Below, piece by piece: positions 1 through 13,292 of a stretch of 64,000 nucleotides of DNA. Both the position numbers and the translations under genes were made by a program. How positions within the stretch are numbered: position 1 is the first letter of the stretch; each line of letters starts with the position of its first letter. The notes beneath the pieces were generated by a model. It was given only the letters and a program-made list of their open reading frames with translations. It was not told the DNA's origin and did not search any database. This DNA is from Eledone cirrhosa. Lineage: Eukaryota. The stretch is taken from assembly GCA_964016885.1 (NCBI GenBank), contig OZ024740.1, positions 18,724,001-18,788,000 on the forward strand, given 5' to 3'.

Positions 1-64
1 CAATAATTCAAGAACTGTTTATACTCCTGTAACTATAGATTTTTCTCATTTAATTTTAATGTAT

Positions 65-101
<37 letters not shown>

Positions 102-578
102 GGCACCCACTGATGAATTATAGGAGCCCACTTGAATATATATCTATTGATGGTATACAAGCTCCTACATAAACTGGTATAATTTCACCCAAATTGTAGG
201 AGTCCTATAATGAAACCAGACGTCCATCTGGGAAGAGATATATTAGATATGTCTCATATGAAATAATACAGCCAATTTTCCACGCAATACTTTTAGTTAG
301 CACCCCGAACACATAATTGGGAATATAATCACTTATTTCCTAATGTTTGTTGAGTGAGTTGGAATTTGGCCGGAGTATCGCTAAAAAGCTTTCTCCGATA
401 TTGTATTTATTATATATATATATATATATATATCTTTTTCCATTTCTCCGAGGGTTATAAACCCCACTATCAGGCTAGAAATTTCTTTAGTCTAAAATAC
501 GGTGAAAGCTTATAATTTCTAATTTCAAACTCGCGCACCGTTTCAAAAACATACATGTTTACGTTTATAATTTGCTTG

Positions 579-644
<66 letters not shown>

Positions 645-711
645 ATATACATATATACATATGTATGTATATATATATATATACATATGTATGTATATAT
701 ACATATGTATG

Positions 712-745
<34 letters not shown>

Positions 746-951
746 GGAACAAGTAAGACCCCGACGGCTGAGCTCAAGCCGTTTCGACGGCTAATTCTGG
801 ACTGGAATTAGCAGTCCAGAATTAGCCGTCGAAACGGCTTGAGCTCAGCCGTCGGGGTCTTACTTGTTCCTATTACCTACTCTACTACCCTAAGTATTGA
901 GTACTTTGGTGCGTTATGGTCCACCTGGTTCCTTACCACATTTCCTTCGTT
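746..951 (+). mobile_element. Family A fold-back mini-element
   Basis: ggaacaagtaagaccccgacggctgagctcaagccgtttcgacggctaattc plus its reverse complement and a ~90-nt tail, inside (TA)n. Matches the ends of 45169-46843. Confidence 0.85.
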
Positions 952-1164
952 ATATATATATATATATATATATATTGACGCTAACTTATGTTCCCATCCC
1001 TTTCTGTTTTTGTTTATCTGACCAGTAGTAGCACACTGTAAACTTTAGCCACGTCACTCGAGGGCGACCGGCTGAGGTTGAAGGAGCAGGATAGCGGTCG
1101 CCCTCGATTCCTCGATTTTCAGCCCCATGGATTTTATCTATTACATTCACGTATTATATTTCGA

Positions 1165-1222
1165 ATACCTGATGATATCACCGGATTCATACGGAACCCG
1201 GTCATTGAAATGATCATAGTAT
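1165..1222 (+). ncRNA. Minimal type I hammerhead ribozyme motif
   Basis: ATAC-CTGATGA-[stem II incl. ccgg/ccgg]-GAAA-TGATCA-TA-GTAT; palindromic stem III. Confidence 0.7.
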
Positions 1223-1268
1223 AATAAACCTTTTAAGGATTTACACAAATCCAGCCTCCTGTCATTTC

Positions 1269-1334
<66 letters not shown>

Positions 1335-1339
<5 letters not shown>

Positions 1340-1598
1340 AAAAATGATGTTTCTCTTTGTCGAATAAATAAATGCACAATCAAGTCTAACAATCATTTTA
1401 TTTAATGCAATAATTTAGTAAATTTCCTACAACGTCAATATTTTGAGGAGCGGATCTTTCCACGTCTGTTCATGTCCGTGGTCCAAAAAGAGTGAGTGAA
1501 CCTGTGACTGTGTCCGGGTGTATTTTTGCCTCCCTTCCCTGAAGGGTTGTTAAGGGGAGGCAACTGCTAGCTACCAAGCGACCATCTCAGCCACTACA
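1335..1598 (-). repeat. 3' LTR
   Basis: Direct repeat of 6628-6891. Confidence 0.93.
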
Positions 1599-1740
1599 TT
1601 CACCTCGGAGCAGATTTTTTGTCGCAAAATCGTTAACAATGAAGCGAAGGTAGTTTACAAAATGTAGAAGAATGTATCAACAAATTAAAAATTAAAAAAA
1701 AAATAATAAATAGGTTCATGTCTGCAAGCATTAACACAGA

Positions 1741-1872
1741 AAAAAAAAAAGAAAAAAAGAAAAAAAGAAAAAAAGAAAAAAAGAAAAAAAGAAAAAAAGA
1801 AAAAAAGAAAAAAAGAAAAAAAGAAAAAAAGAAAAAAAGAAAAAAAGAAAAAAAGAAAAAAAGAAAAAAAAA
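1741..1872. repeat. (GAAAAAAA)n expansion in the LTR element 3' UTR
   Basis: 8-bp unit repeated about 16 times. Confidence 0.9.
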
Positions 1873-2186
1873 CGTACAGTAAAAGATGCAAAATGCATGA
1901 AAAGATAACACTCTTCGCAATAAAGGGGCCCCAGATGCGATAAACAAGAAAAAAAATGTTTTGCTAGGCAATGAAAATGCCATATGTAGCATAGTTATAA
2001 AAATGCACTAAAAAAAAAGGGACTGTGTCAGAATTGACAACAGTCGTAATGTTACGCAAAATATAATATATTGACACTGCCGTAGGCAGTCAAGAATCCA
2101 AAAGTAACAAAATGCAATGTACAACAAAAACAATTGGAAGGAAAAAAATAACAAAACAAAACAAAAAAAAAAACAAAAAATACAAT

Positions 2187-5100
2187 TCAGTTTATATTAC
2201 TGCATAGCTTACGGGGCCAATGCACCCTTCGCCCAGAACGGGTCGTAGTTCTGTGTGTTGATGGTGGGGGAGGGGAAGAAATAGGCCTGTGTGGCAAAGA
2301 AAAAGAGGGGGGCATTTGAGTTTCAAGTGTCATTGTGTCATTGTTCAGGTTTGCTCGTTTGAGACGATCAACGGAAACCGTTTCCCCGGAACCCCGAATG
2401 TCCAGTGTGAAATGTTTGTCTGTGCGAGCAAGCACACGATAGGGTCCAGAGTACGGCCGTTGAAGAGGGGGGTCTCACGGCGTCGTCTCTAACGAACACA
2501 TGGGTCCACAAGGCAATATCCCTTGGGACGGCAGTTTTTACAGTCTGCTTCCTAGTGCCCATCGGTGGTAGATCCTTGAAATAAGAGTGAAGCCGGGACA
2601 CGTAGGAAGCGGGGTCCTGCGAAGTCAGGTCAAAAGGGGCCAGCACTTGCCCCGGTAACGCCAGAGGCGTACCATAAACTAATTCGGCAGAGGAGAACCC
2701 AAGGTCCACCTTTACCGTCGACCGAATACCCAACAATACAATGGGTAGGTACTCGCTCCAACGTGAAGAGTCCATGGAAGCCCTTAAGGAGGCTTTGAGC
2801 TGCCTGTGGAATCTTTCCACCATTCCGTTTGAGGCTGGGTGGTAAGCCGTGGTTCTTATTCGAGTAGCCCCCAGGATTTGGGTTAGCTCTCGAAGAGGTT
2901 AGACTCGAATTGACGACCACGATCCGTTGTTATGGTGGTTGGTACACCGAAACGAGCGATCCACGAAGATACGAGGGTACGGGCTGTGGTTTCGGCGGTG
3001 ATATCTGTTATAGGGACGGCTTCAGGCCAACGCGAAAAACGGTCAACAATCGTCAAAAGATACGAAAAACCACGACTAACCGGCCACGGGTCGACGATGT
3101 CCACATGAATGTGACGAAATCTTGCATCGGAGCAGGTGAAGGTTCCGAGAGGAGCCTTAACATGTCTATGAACTTTCGCTTGTTGGCAAGCGACACAGGA
3201 ACGACACCAAGCAGCAATGTCACGTCTCATACCAGGCCAGAAAAATCTGGCTGTTATGAGTTTTACTGAGGCTGATACTCCTGGGTGAGAAATGCCATGT
3301 AAAGCGAGAAACGCAGTTCGTCGATGTTCCACTGGGACTAGAGGTCGTGGTGAGTCCAACGAAACATCACACAGTATCTGTCCGTCAGCAGTTGAGATCG
3401 GAATGTATTTCAGTTTGCAATGTACAAACTCTGGCGATGTAACATCCAACGATTCGAGAGTGGGTTGGGCAGCTGCCATTCGATGTAAATCTACCTCCTC
3501 GGAAGACGAAATCGATGCGATCGGCAGGCGAGACAGCGCATCGGCCGCTGTATTCAAAGGACCCGGAATATGTTGAATGTCGTTCGTGAACTGTGAGATG
3601 AAGTCCAGATGTTTCGTTTCTCTGGGCGAGTATTTGTCTGCTTTAGTTCGAAGAGCAAACGTCAAGGGTTTATGATCAGTGAAAATGGTGAATGTTCTAC
3701 CTTCAAGTACATGAACAAAATGTTTCACTGATAAATAAATTGCTAATAGCTCCCTTCCAAAGGTGCTATAGCGAGTTTCTGCAGGCTTTAACTTCCTCGA
3801 AAAGAACTCGAGTGGTTGCTGTACCCCATCACCCTTCTGCTGTAAGACTGCGCCCACGGCGCTATCCGAAGCATCAACACAGAGCGATAGCTCGGCGTTG
3901 GGTACTGGGTGGGCGAGCAAAGACGCGTTCGCTAACGCCTTTTTCACTTTTTTAAAATCATCAAGCTGCGTTTTATTTAAGGAAATGTCCATATTCTTAC
4001 GCCGGCAACCCTTAAAAATCTCTGTCAACGAGAACAGCAATTTGGAACAACCAGGTACGAATCGCCTATAAACATTTACAAGGCCCAGGAATTGACGCAA
4101 TTGACGCAGTGAACTTGGCGGAGGCAAATCCGATACTGCCTTAACCTTCTCAGGAAGAGGTCGAATACCATCGGCGTCAATCAGATGGCCTAAAAATGTT
4201 AGTGAAGTCGAGCCGAAAACACACTTGGAAGCATTAATTCGAACATTATATCTCTGTAAACGACGAAATACGAGATCCAGATGCTTTGAATGCTGCTGAG
4301 GGGAAGAACTAGCAATCAACACGTCGTCGATATACGTGTACACAAAATCCAGGCCCCGAGTAATATCATCCATAAATCGTTGGAAGGTACTTGCAGCGTT
4401 TCTAAGGCCGAAAGGCATAGTGAGGAACTCGAACGATCCGAAAGGAGTGGCAATAGCAGTCTTTGGGATATCCTCCTCGTTAACCGGAATTTGATTATAA
4501 GCGCGGATCAAATCAAGCTTAGAAAAGATTCTGCAACCCTGCAATGACGACGCAAAATCCTGCAAATGCGGGATTGGATAACGGTCAGGCACAGTAATCG
4601 CGTTTAAGCGTCGGTAGTCACCCGTCGGTCTCCAATCCCCAGAAGATCTAGGTACCATATGTAGAGGCGATGCCCAAGGACTTGTGGAGCGCCGAATTAT
4701 TCCCAATTCCAGCATGTGGTCGAATTCAAGACGTGCAGCTTTCAACTTCTCTGTAGACAATCTTCGAGGACGTGAGAAAACAGGTGGACCTGTAGTGGAT
4801 ATGAAGTGTTCAATCGCATGATCCGGGCTAGTTATTCGTAACTTTCCCTGCGTCAACTGAGGGAATGAATGTAGCAGGCTTTGATACTGGTTGCCCACTT
4901 CAGCCAAGAAAAAGGAAGGGCTGACGGTGGCGACGTCCGGCTCTGAACCCTCGAAAGAAAGGCCTGTTTCAGCATCAACAAGGCGTTGTCTGCGAATGTC
5001 CACCAACAAGGAAAAATGGTGGAAAAAATCCGCTCCCAAAATGGCGTATGGCAAGTCGGCGATAGTAAACTTCCACCTCAAATCACGCCGCAAATTTTTT

Positions 5101-5342
5101 AACCGAAGAGGAAGCGAAATTTGCCCATACGTTCGAATGGCCGTGTGGTTGACTGCTCGTAGATTTATATCTGCTTCGGGTGGGCTTTTTTTGAGATAAC
5201 TGACTGGCCAAATACTCAGCGACGCGCCATTATCGACAAGGAAAAATTTTTTTGACCGCAGGTCGTATACGAAAAGATGGCGGTTCGGTCGGTTTTCCCA
5301 GAGTTCACTAGCCGCTCCTAGTGGCTCTGCTTTGCGTTTCCC
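2187..5342 (-). pseudogene. pol: pol polyprotein (protease, RT, RNase H, integrase), several frameshifts
   Basis: FLVDNGAS protease; MPFGLRNA and YIDD RT; DAS...ELLA...TDHKPL RNase H; HxxxH...CxxC and DRG.QF...VERFHR integrase. Frame breaks near 5095, 2885 and 2450. Confidence 0.92.
5296..5342 (-). promoter_or_regulatory. -1 programmed ribosomal frameshift signal (gag-pol)
   Basis: G GGA AAC heptamer in the gag frame (5342-5336), then a stem-loop CAGAG-c-CACTAG...CTAGTG-aa-CTCTG. The -1 frame is open into the protease motif FLVDNGAS. Confidence 0.8.
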
Positions 5343-6102
5343 GATCTCTTATAATCACAGGGCGTGCGACAACGTTGCGCCCTACTGCCGAAGTTAGCAT
5401 GGTACCAACACAACGAAGAATTATTGTTGCCTGCGTTGTAGTGCTGGCGATGAATAGAGGACGGCGGCGAACGATACCTCAAACGTTGAGAAGGCTCTCT
5501 GTGATGTACAGTCAAATCTTCTACCTTTTTGGTGAGAGCTTCAATCAACTCCAACAGTTTGCCGTCGGCCACAGAAGAACTGCGTGGAGGGACGCACGCT
5601 GAAGCCACATAAGGATTATGCTGATTGCTGTTCGAGTCCACCTCAAGTATCTTATCCGCGGACGCGGCAAGTTGCTCTAATGAATCCTTCTCTAAACTAT
5701 TGACCAATATTCTTTGCGCACTTGATGGTAGGCGTGAGAAAAAAAGTTGCTTTATGAAGAGGGTGTCAATCCCCTGGGAGTCGCTCAACTCCCGCAAATG
5801 TCGCAAATAGGAGCTCGGCTTCCTGTCACCCATTTGAGCATCGTCCAACAACTCCCGAAAACGGCTCTCTACCGACTTGGTATTCGGCGAAGGATTTCTT
5901 TTTTTAATGAGCCGTAGGTAACATCGGCGTCTAAATCCGTCACAACGTCCTTCACCGAGAATGCCAAGGAAACAGGTAGGCCATTGATCAGGACCTTCAG
6001 CTTATGCTGTTCCTTTGTCTTCGTCAATTCGAAGAAACATTCCAGCTGCGCAAACCACAACTTGATGTCGCCTGCGAAGGACGGCAAATGATGTTGACTC
6101 AT
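5318..6102 (-). pseudogene. gag: gag (disrupted near 5850-5870)
   Basis: ORFs MSQHHLPSFAGDIKLWFAQLE... and ...MGDRKPSSYLRHL...LCWYHANFGSRAQRCRTPC, a typical Ty3/Gypsy gag with a CxYHxxFG...CxxPC knuckle. Confidence 0.85.
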
Positions 6103-6413
6103 GGTGCCACGTATTTGATGACTTTTTGGTGTTAGCCAGGTGTTGCTGCTGATTGCTGGTAATTTTTTTCTTTAAAAAAAAATATTCTAAAGAAAATTTT
6201 AATAATAAAAAAAAATCATTTTCTATGAAAATTAATGGTAAGAAAATCCAAGATAGCTGATTTAAAAATGTGTCCGTGATGAAGCCGTCATGAGGCACGA
6301 TGCAGCCAATCAGATGGCTGGGATTGGAGAAGACAAGCTGAACGCGGGAAAACGAAATATCTCCATTTGTAATTTCCACAGAATGTTGGAAGCAAAATTC
6401 TATTTCCAGAGAA

Positions 6414-6444
<31 letters not shown>

Positions 6445-6610
6445 GTTGTGTGTTGTATTTTTGTGTTTGTCTGTATGCGTGCTATAACAAATGGAATATA
6501 ATGAATTTTATGGACTTACGCTAAGTGATTCGGACATTCCAAATGTTAAGCCATTCCACATTGCCGTTAAAAAGAATTTCGGACTCCAATAGGCTGCGTT
6601 TTCATTCTTT

Positions 6611-6626
6611 ATCGTCAGGGTCGCCA
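6611..6626 (-). promoter_or_regulatory. Primer binding site, resembles tRNA-Trp complement
   Basis: TGGCGACCCTGACGAT lies 1 nt after the 5' LTR; compare the tRNA-Trp-type PBS TGGTGACCCCGACG. Confidence 0.65.
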
Positions 6627-6627
6627 A

Positions 6628-6884
6628 TAAAGAAAAATGATGTTTCTCTTTGTCGAATAAATAAATGCACAATCAAGTCTAACAATCATTTTATTTAATG
6701 CAATAATTTAGTAAATTTCCTACAACGTCAATATTTTGAGGAGCGAGTCTTTCCACGTCTGTTCATGTCCGTGGTCCAAAAAGAGTGAGTGAACCTGTGG
6801 CTGTGTCCGGGTGTATTTTTGCCTCCCTTCCCTGAAGGGTTGTTAAGGGGAGGCAACTGCTAGCTACCAAGCGACCAACTCAGC

Positions 6885-6891
<7 letters not shown>
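6628..6891 (-). repeat. 5' LTR
   Basis: Begins TGTAGTGG and ends TTTCTTTA on the minus strand; about 4 differences from the 1335-1598 copy by eye. Confidence 0.93.
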
Positions 6892-6922
<31 letters not shown>

Positions 6923-7088
6923 TTATATGTTTATATATATTTATATATATATAGGCAAATGTTTGACTCCGACGGCAGAGCTCAAGCCGTTTAGACGGCT
7001 ATTTCTGGACTTGTTAATTACAGGGTTTCAGTATGAGTTATTAACTCTAACTTTCATTTATATATATATATATGTATATATATATATA

Positions 7089-7158
<70 letters not shown>

Positions 7159-7380
7159 GGAAAAAATGAAACGAAATAACATTTCCCACTCTTAGTACGG
7201 CTGTTACTTAAATATAAGTATGTATACGTACATACATATATGTATACAGACGTACAGTAGTATGTATATATATATACATACATGCACACATATATATATA
7301 TATGTACGTATGTATACACCGAACATTTATTATAATGCTCGGTGTGTATACATACTTATATATATATATATAATATATAT

Positions 7381-7594
7381 AACGAAGGAAACGTGGTAAG
7401 GAACCAGGTGGACCATAACGCACCAAAGTACTCAATACTTAGGGTAGTAGAGTGGGTAATAGGAACGAGTAGGACCTCGACGGCTGAGCTCAAGCCGTTT
7501 CGACGGCTAATTCTGGACTTTTTTTTTTTTTTTTTTAGTCTTGAATTAGCCGTCGAAACGGCTTGAGCTCAGCCGTCGGGGTCCTACTCGTTCC
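7381..7594 (-). mobile_element. Family A fold-back mini-element
   Basis: Same arms with the tail on the left and poly-T at the centre. A lone arm also lies at 6954-7010. Confidence 0.85.
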
Positions 7595-7933
7595 TATATA
7601 TATATACCGTAGGATAAAACGAAATTAAATGAAGGAGAAAAAGAAGGTAACAAGGCTGTCTCAGTAAAAACCTTTTATTGAATCATTAAACAAAATATAT
7701 AAAAATAAAGTAAAATACAATGAAATTTTAAAAAATGATTATATATATATATATAAAAACATATGTATATATACATATATATATATGTACATACCCCCCC
7801 CCCCCTCATGTTTATATATGTTTATTATATTACGGGGTCTATAAAATAAAGTACCAGTAATGTACTGGGTATTTGCTGGCCTTGTGCCAATAGTAGAAAC
7901 AATTATATATATATATATGTATATATATATGTA

Positions 7934-7964
<31 letters not shown>

Positions 7965-8099
7965 ATATACATATCTATAGATATATGTATGTATATATAT
8001 GTATGAATATATATGTATGTATATATAAATATGTATATGTATATATGTGTCTATATATGTATGAATATGTATGTATATGTATGTATATGTATGTATATG

Positions 8100-8136
<37 letters not shown>

Positions 8137-8270
8137 GTAACATGAGCAATGGTAAATATTACCCAATTACAAGTATGAAAATAGCTCAATGTGAAATAAC
8201 AAGTATACTACAGAGCCGAAATACAATTTTTATTGCATTTACATTGTATATATATATGTATATATATATG

Positions 8271-8302
<32 letters not shown>

Positions 8303-8577
8303 AATATACACGGGTGTGTATGATTGAGTATAGAAGATTATATTAATAAAAGGAATTCCAACTTTGTCTGATTTACTCGTTTTATTTACAATCCTTTAAA
8401 ATGTATAATGGTATTAGAATGAAAGAGTATGGTAGAATATTAAATGTTAAGTGTTAATTGAAGAAGTACTTTCATGCTTTCGCAATCTTCAGGTTCATAT
8501 TGTGTGGTGACAGTCAAGTTTGCAATTTTCAACTGTGGAAAGTTGAAAATTGCAAACTTGACTGTCACCTTTTATTA

Positions 8578-8649
<72 letters not shown>

Positions 8650-9362
8650 GTCTGTGAGCATAGTTTCAATGAATCAAACCGGCCGTATGACATTCCTACA
8701 TCCACGCTAATTGTCAAAATGTATGTGAGTAGACGTTTTGAGGTATTTTCTCTTGATATTATTTATACAATTTTGCTTGACTAAAATATTCTATTCAACT
8801 CTCTTTGTATATATTAGTGTATATTCTCCTGGTTAGAAGTTAAAGAAGACCTTGTTATGCTGACGAATGCAGATATTCAGATAGACGTATATGTATAAGT
8901 TGTCCCTCACCTCCGAACAAACGATTCATCTGACCTCTTTTCTAAGCATGTTAATTCAACAATGAACTTATTGTTAATTCACTGAAAATATCTTCCCTGG
9001 GTTCAACACTTACAATGACCGCTAGTTTTTTTTTTCCCATTTCTGTCTGTGAGAGTAGATTCATTGAATGAAAAATTTATTTCACACGTCATCCGTACAG
9101 ATACTCACAAAGCCCCCCCTCTCTCTCGTTCTCTTCTGTATCTCTGTATATATATACACATATAAGACCTGATTGGTTTTTTTTCGTTGCTTTGGTATTA
9201 TGTGGCTAGGCTCGCCTGCCGCAGTTTTCAATTTGTCAAGCTATCTAACGTATGTTATTACTCTAAGGTGACACAACCTTATCGAGGGCTTTGCTGCACA
9301 TTCCTAATTGTATATCGTTAGCTTCGCCACAGCCAAAACTTCGATTTTACTAAACTTCCATT

Positions 9363-9413
<51 letters not shown>

Positions 9414-9417
<4 letters not shown>

Positions 9418-9793
9418 AAAAAGATGATATCGAAAATGCAAATGAAGTCTTATTTTAAAAAAAAATATATATATTTATTTGGTTCCTTTACCGGTTTCGC
9501 AGTTCTTCTGCTTTTCAAAAGTAGAGTTGAGATGGAGGGTCTGTGGTTTTTCTCACATCTGGTTGGTCTCTGAATGTTATTTGTTTTATATGGAAAAAGT
9601 GGCTCGAAATGCCAGGTTTTTCGAGAAGTAATTTGATTGGTTGGTCAATAATTATAATAAATTTCACGCCAGTTCGCGTTACAATAGTTCTTCAAATAGG
9701 GGGGGGGGGGGTTGTCACAGGTTGTTTTTTCATATATGAGTGTTTGAATTTCTTTTTACTTAAGTAAAAAGAAATTCAAACACACACACACAA

Positions 9794-9832
<39 letters not shown>

Positions 9833-10547
9833 GCACACAAATAAACATACATATCTTTACTTTCTTTATTCAATAGAAAATCTGAATTCGGACACCCCAG
9901 CGAACTAACCATATTCACTGAACCAGAACAATTCTCCCATCCCATTTCTCTTGACCATTATCTTTTACTTATCATAAAATTCTCTAAAAAGGCTACAGAA
10001 TGGATTTCCAAGTAAGGGCGCGAAAATTTAATGAAAACTTGTTCATGTGACAGCCACAATTTCATTTATAACCAATCAAATTGCGCTTATTTAAAAAAAA
10101 AAAAAAAAAAAAAAGCCTTCGTGAGCCCCTTTTTTCAAGTAAAAAGAAATTCAAACACTCATATATGAAAAAACAACCTCTGACAACTCCCCCCTTTTAT
10201 TTGAAGAACTATTGTAACGCGAACTGGCGCGAAATTTATTATAATTATTGACCAACGAATCAAATTACTTCTCGAAAAACCTGGCATTTCGAGCCACTTT
10301 TTCCATATAAAACAAGTAACATTCAGAGACCAACCAGATGTGAGAAAAACCACAGACCCTCCATCTCAACTCTACTTTTGAAAAGCAGAAGAACTGCGAA
10401 ACCGGTAAAGGAACCAAATAAATATATATTTTTTTTTAAAATAAGACTCCAGTCGCATTTTCGATTTCATCTTTTTTTCTTTATACTTTCACTCGTGTAG
10501 GACACTTCGGTTATTTTTCATTTTGTAAAAAAAATCCTCACTTTCTA
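9414..10547 (+). mobile_element. Family B fold-back element (probable PLE 3' end), arms about 345 bp
   Basis: 9414-9762 is inverted relative to about 10137-10480, plus a ~65-nt tail; inside (TA)n. A short derivative lies at 18100-18218. Confidence 0.75.
10375..10410 (+). ncRNA. Minimal hammerhead motif, U3-A8 variant core
   Basis: CTT-TTGAAAA-GCAG-aagaa-CTGC-GAAA-CCGG-TA-AAG; inverted copy at about 9486-9521. Confidence 0.65.
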
Positions 10548-10614
<67 letters not shown>

Positions 10615-10987
10615 AATAAAATAACAAAGACGATTCGTTACTCCTTCATTACGTTTATTGGCTGATCAGTGGCACGTCGTTTCGCCACTGATCAGCTCAA
10701 GGTTCGATCTGTATCGATCTGACCCGACTCTGTAATCCGCGGCTCGTCAGACACCTTGTAATGGTAATGGAAAAATGAATCAGATCGATACCGATCGAAC
10801 CTTGAGCTGACTAGTGGCGAAACGCGCGCCACCAACCAATAAACGCAATGAAGGAGTAACCAATTGTCCTTGTTATCTTATTTCACTATAATACACTCTG
10901 TCTAGCTCTACACCTCGACACTGAAGTGAACCTAAACATCGAGTGCTCACCCGGGTGAACCTATAGTAACTCCAAGTTACACTCCCT

Positions 10988-11038
<51 letters not shown>

Positions 11039-11328
11039 CATATGGAGCCGTAATTCCCGAGGGACTCGTAGCGGCCCCGTATTGACATACGGCATTGTTA
11101 GCGTACTTTTCTTTTTAAACCTGGTGCAGCCCCTCTCCTATCCAGGTCTGAATGCAGAAGATTTCGCTCAGAGAAGGATAGTAAGTAAGAGAATGGAAGT
11201 GATAAAGAGATATAGAGGAAATATTGACCCCAGTAAATGACTGGTAATTTCTTATCGACCTCGATTGGATGAAAGGCAAAGTTGACCTCGGTGGCAGAGA
11301 GCCGATTTTGCTTTTATATATATATATA

Positions 11329-11493
11329 GGAAAAAGTATGACCCCGACGGCAGAGCTCAAGCCGTTTCGACGGCTATTTCAGAAATAGCCGCCGCCGGGG
11401 TCATACTTTTTCCTATTTCCCACTCTACTACCCTAAGTATTGAGTACTCTGGTGCGTTATGGTCCATCTGGTTCCTTACCACAATTCCTTTGT
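11329..11493 (+). mobile_element. Family A fold-back mini-element (internal deletion in right arm)
   Basis: Subfamily with gagctctgcc/ggcagagctc; inside (TA)n. Confidence 0.8.
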
Positions 11494-11722
11494 TATATAT
11501 ATATATAGTTTAAGATGGCAATATGGACGAGGCAAGAGACAAAATCCTTCATCAGCTGTAAATCGAGATCATAGAGGTTTCGGCGCTTGTCCTGTATTAA
11601 GCGCCGAAACATCTATGATCTCGGTTTACAGCTGATGAAGGATTTCTTCTCTTGTCTCGTCCATATTGCCATCTTAAACTTTGTTTACAGTAACCACACA
11701 GCTCATTTCGTTTCTTATAATT

Positions 11723-11755
<33 letters not shown>

Positions 11756-11874
11756 ATAATATATATATATATATCAGTTTTTATAAATTGAGTCTAATCA
11801 GCCTATGTACATAGGCGTAAAATATATATATTTTCGCCTGTTTCAAATTCCAACAGAGAGCAGGGTGGGGAAGC

Positions 11875-11916
11875 ACTGTCCTGATGACGGCCGATATACA
11901 GAAACGCGTCGACAGT
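11875..11916 (+). ncRNA. Hammerhead motif, stem II decayed
   Basis: ACTGTC-CTGATGA-cggccgatataca-GAAAC-GC-GTC-GACAGT. Confidence 0.6.
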
Positions 11917-12536
11917 TATCCTTCACTGCTTCTGCTTGAATACGCTAGATGCCGCTAGCCATCAGCTTTCAAAACTTCATAGCTAAAGGGCTTTGATAAA
12001 CATATTGCATATCATTAGATATACAAAATTCACATACATATATCAATTGAATTAGCAGATTTCTCCGTAATTTTGACTAAATAAAATAGTTTAATCTCAG
12101 CAGAGGGTATAAACCCACTGAACGGAAAAGATGAACATCGGCACATATGTCTCTAGGTGTCGGCGACATCTTCTAATTCAATTTTATTAAGGTGAAATAG
12201 TGAGTCTTGTTCCTCTGGAGTTTCACTGTTTATCACAGGATCATCAGGCAATAATTATATATATAATTAAGACGAGTAGGACCATTATTCAACTGTGTGT
12301 TGTTTAAATATTATTATTAGGATTAAATATCCGACGGCCAAGCTTAAACCACTTTGAAACTGTTACGATGTGTGTGTATGAGTGATAGTGGGTGTGTGTG
12401 AGTGATAGTGAGTGATAGTGAGTGTGTGTGTATGTGTGTGTGTGTAAGCATACATATACTCTCTTGCATGTGGTTATCAGAGAAAAACATAATAACGTTC
12501 AAACTAGATAACTTATATTTGGTTCATTCCGTAGTC

Positions 12537-12619
<83 letters not shown>

Positions 12620-12630
12620 ATATATCTATA

Positions 12631-12717
<87 letters not shown>

Positions 12718-12764
12718 TTACATATATATTTTTATAAACACATAGGCGTGTTTGAATATATTTA

Positions 12765-12806
<42 letters not shown>

Positions 12807-13110
12807 TGGAGGTATTGGAAAATCTCATTTCTCATAGTGCTGAGTAGCTTCGACTCAGGTGGGTCACTTTGTTTCAAGGATACTCGTCTGAGAGGAAACT
12901 ACTACATCAATTACACATGTAATTTCCACGTGAGAACTTTCCACTTCAAACCGAGATTAATAATTCCAAAATGAAATTTACACGAACATTTATTTAATAG
13001 AAAAAAATATTTTTGTTAACTGGTTCAGTAACGTTGCGGGAATGTGAGAGTCCCATGTAAGGAAACTATTAGTTGTTGTAGTGCTGGTTATGTATATATA
13101 ATATAATATA

Positions 13111-13292
13111 ATTGTTTCTACTTTAGGCACAAGGCCAGCAATTACCCAGTACATTACTGGTACTTTATTTTATCGACCCCGAAAGGATGAAAGGCAAAGT
13201 TAACCTCGGCGAGATTTGAACTCAGAATGGCAAGGGCCGTAACTCTATGCATCAAAGCCTGGCGTCCGACCCTCTACCGATACTGCCAATCC
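13111..13292 (-). mobile_element. tRNA-derived SINE, family 1
   Basis: A-box-like TGGCAGTATCGG, B-box-like GAGTTCAAATC, body gcctttcatcctttcggggtcgataaaataaagtaccag, tail ggccttgtgcctaaagtagaaac. Many copies or fragments elsewhere (e.g. 7833, 11225, 38960, 39860, 40113, 58270, 61460, 62633). Confidence 0.8.

Larger units (their letters stand above)
1335..6891 (-). mobile_element. Ty3/Gypsy LTR retrotransposon, full length but frameshifted, inserted in (TA)n
   Basis: Two 264-bp direct repeats enclose gag and pol in PR-RT-RH-IN order; a PBS-like TGGCGACCCTGACG follows the 5' LTR; both sides are (TA)n. Confidence 0.96.

Noticed and set aside
746-951. Family A as a CRISPR repeat, classical MITE, miRNA gene or small protein (recurrent [18 protein letters not shown] ORFs)
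   Set aside because: Copies are dispersed and asymmetric with variable centres, and they match the ends of a GIY-YIG-bearing Penelope-like fragment. The peptides recur only because the DNA repeat recurs.
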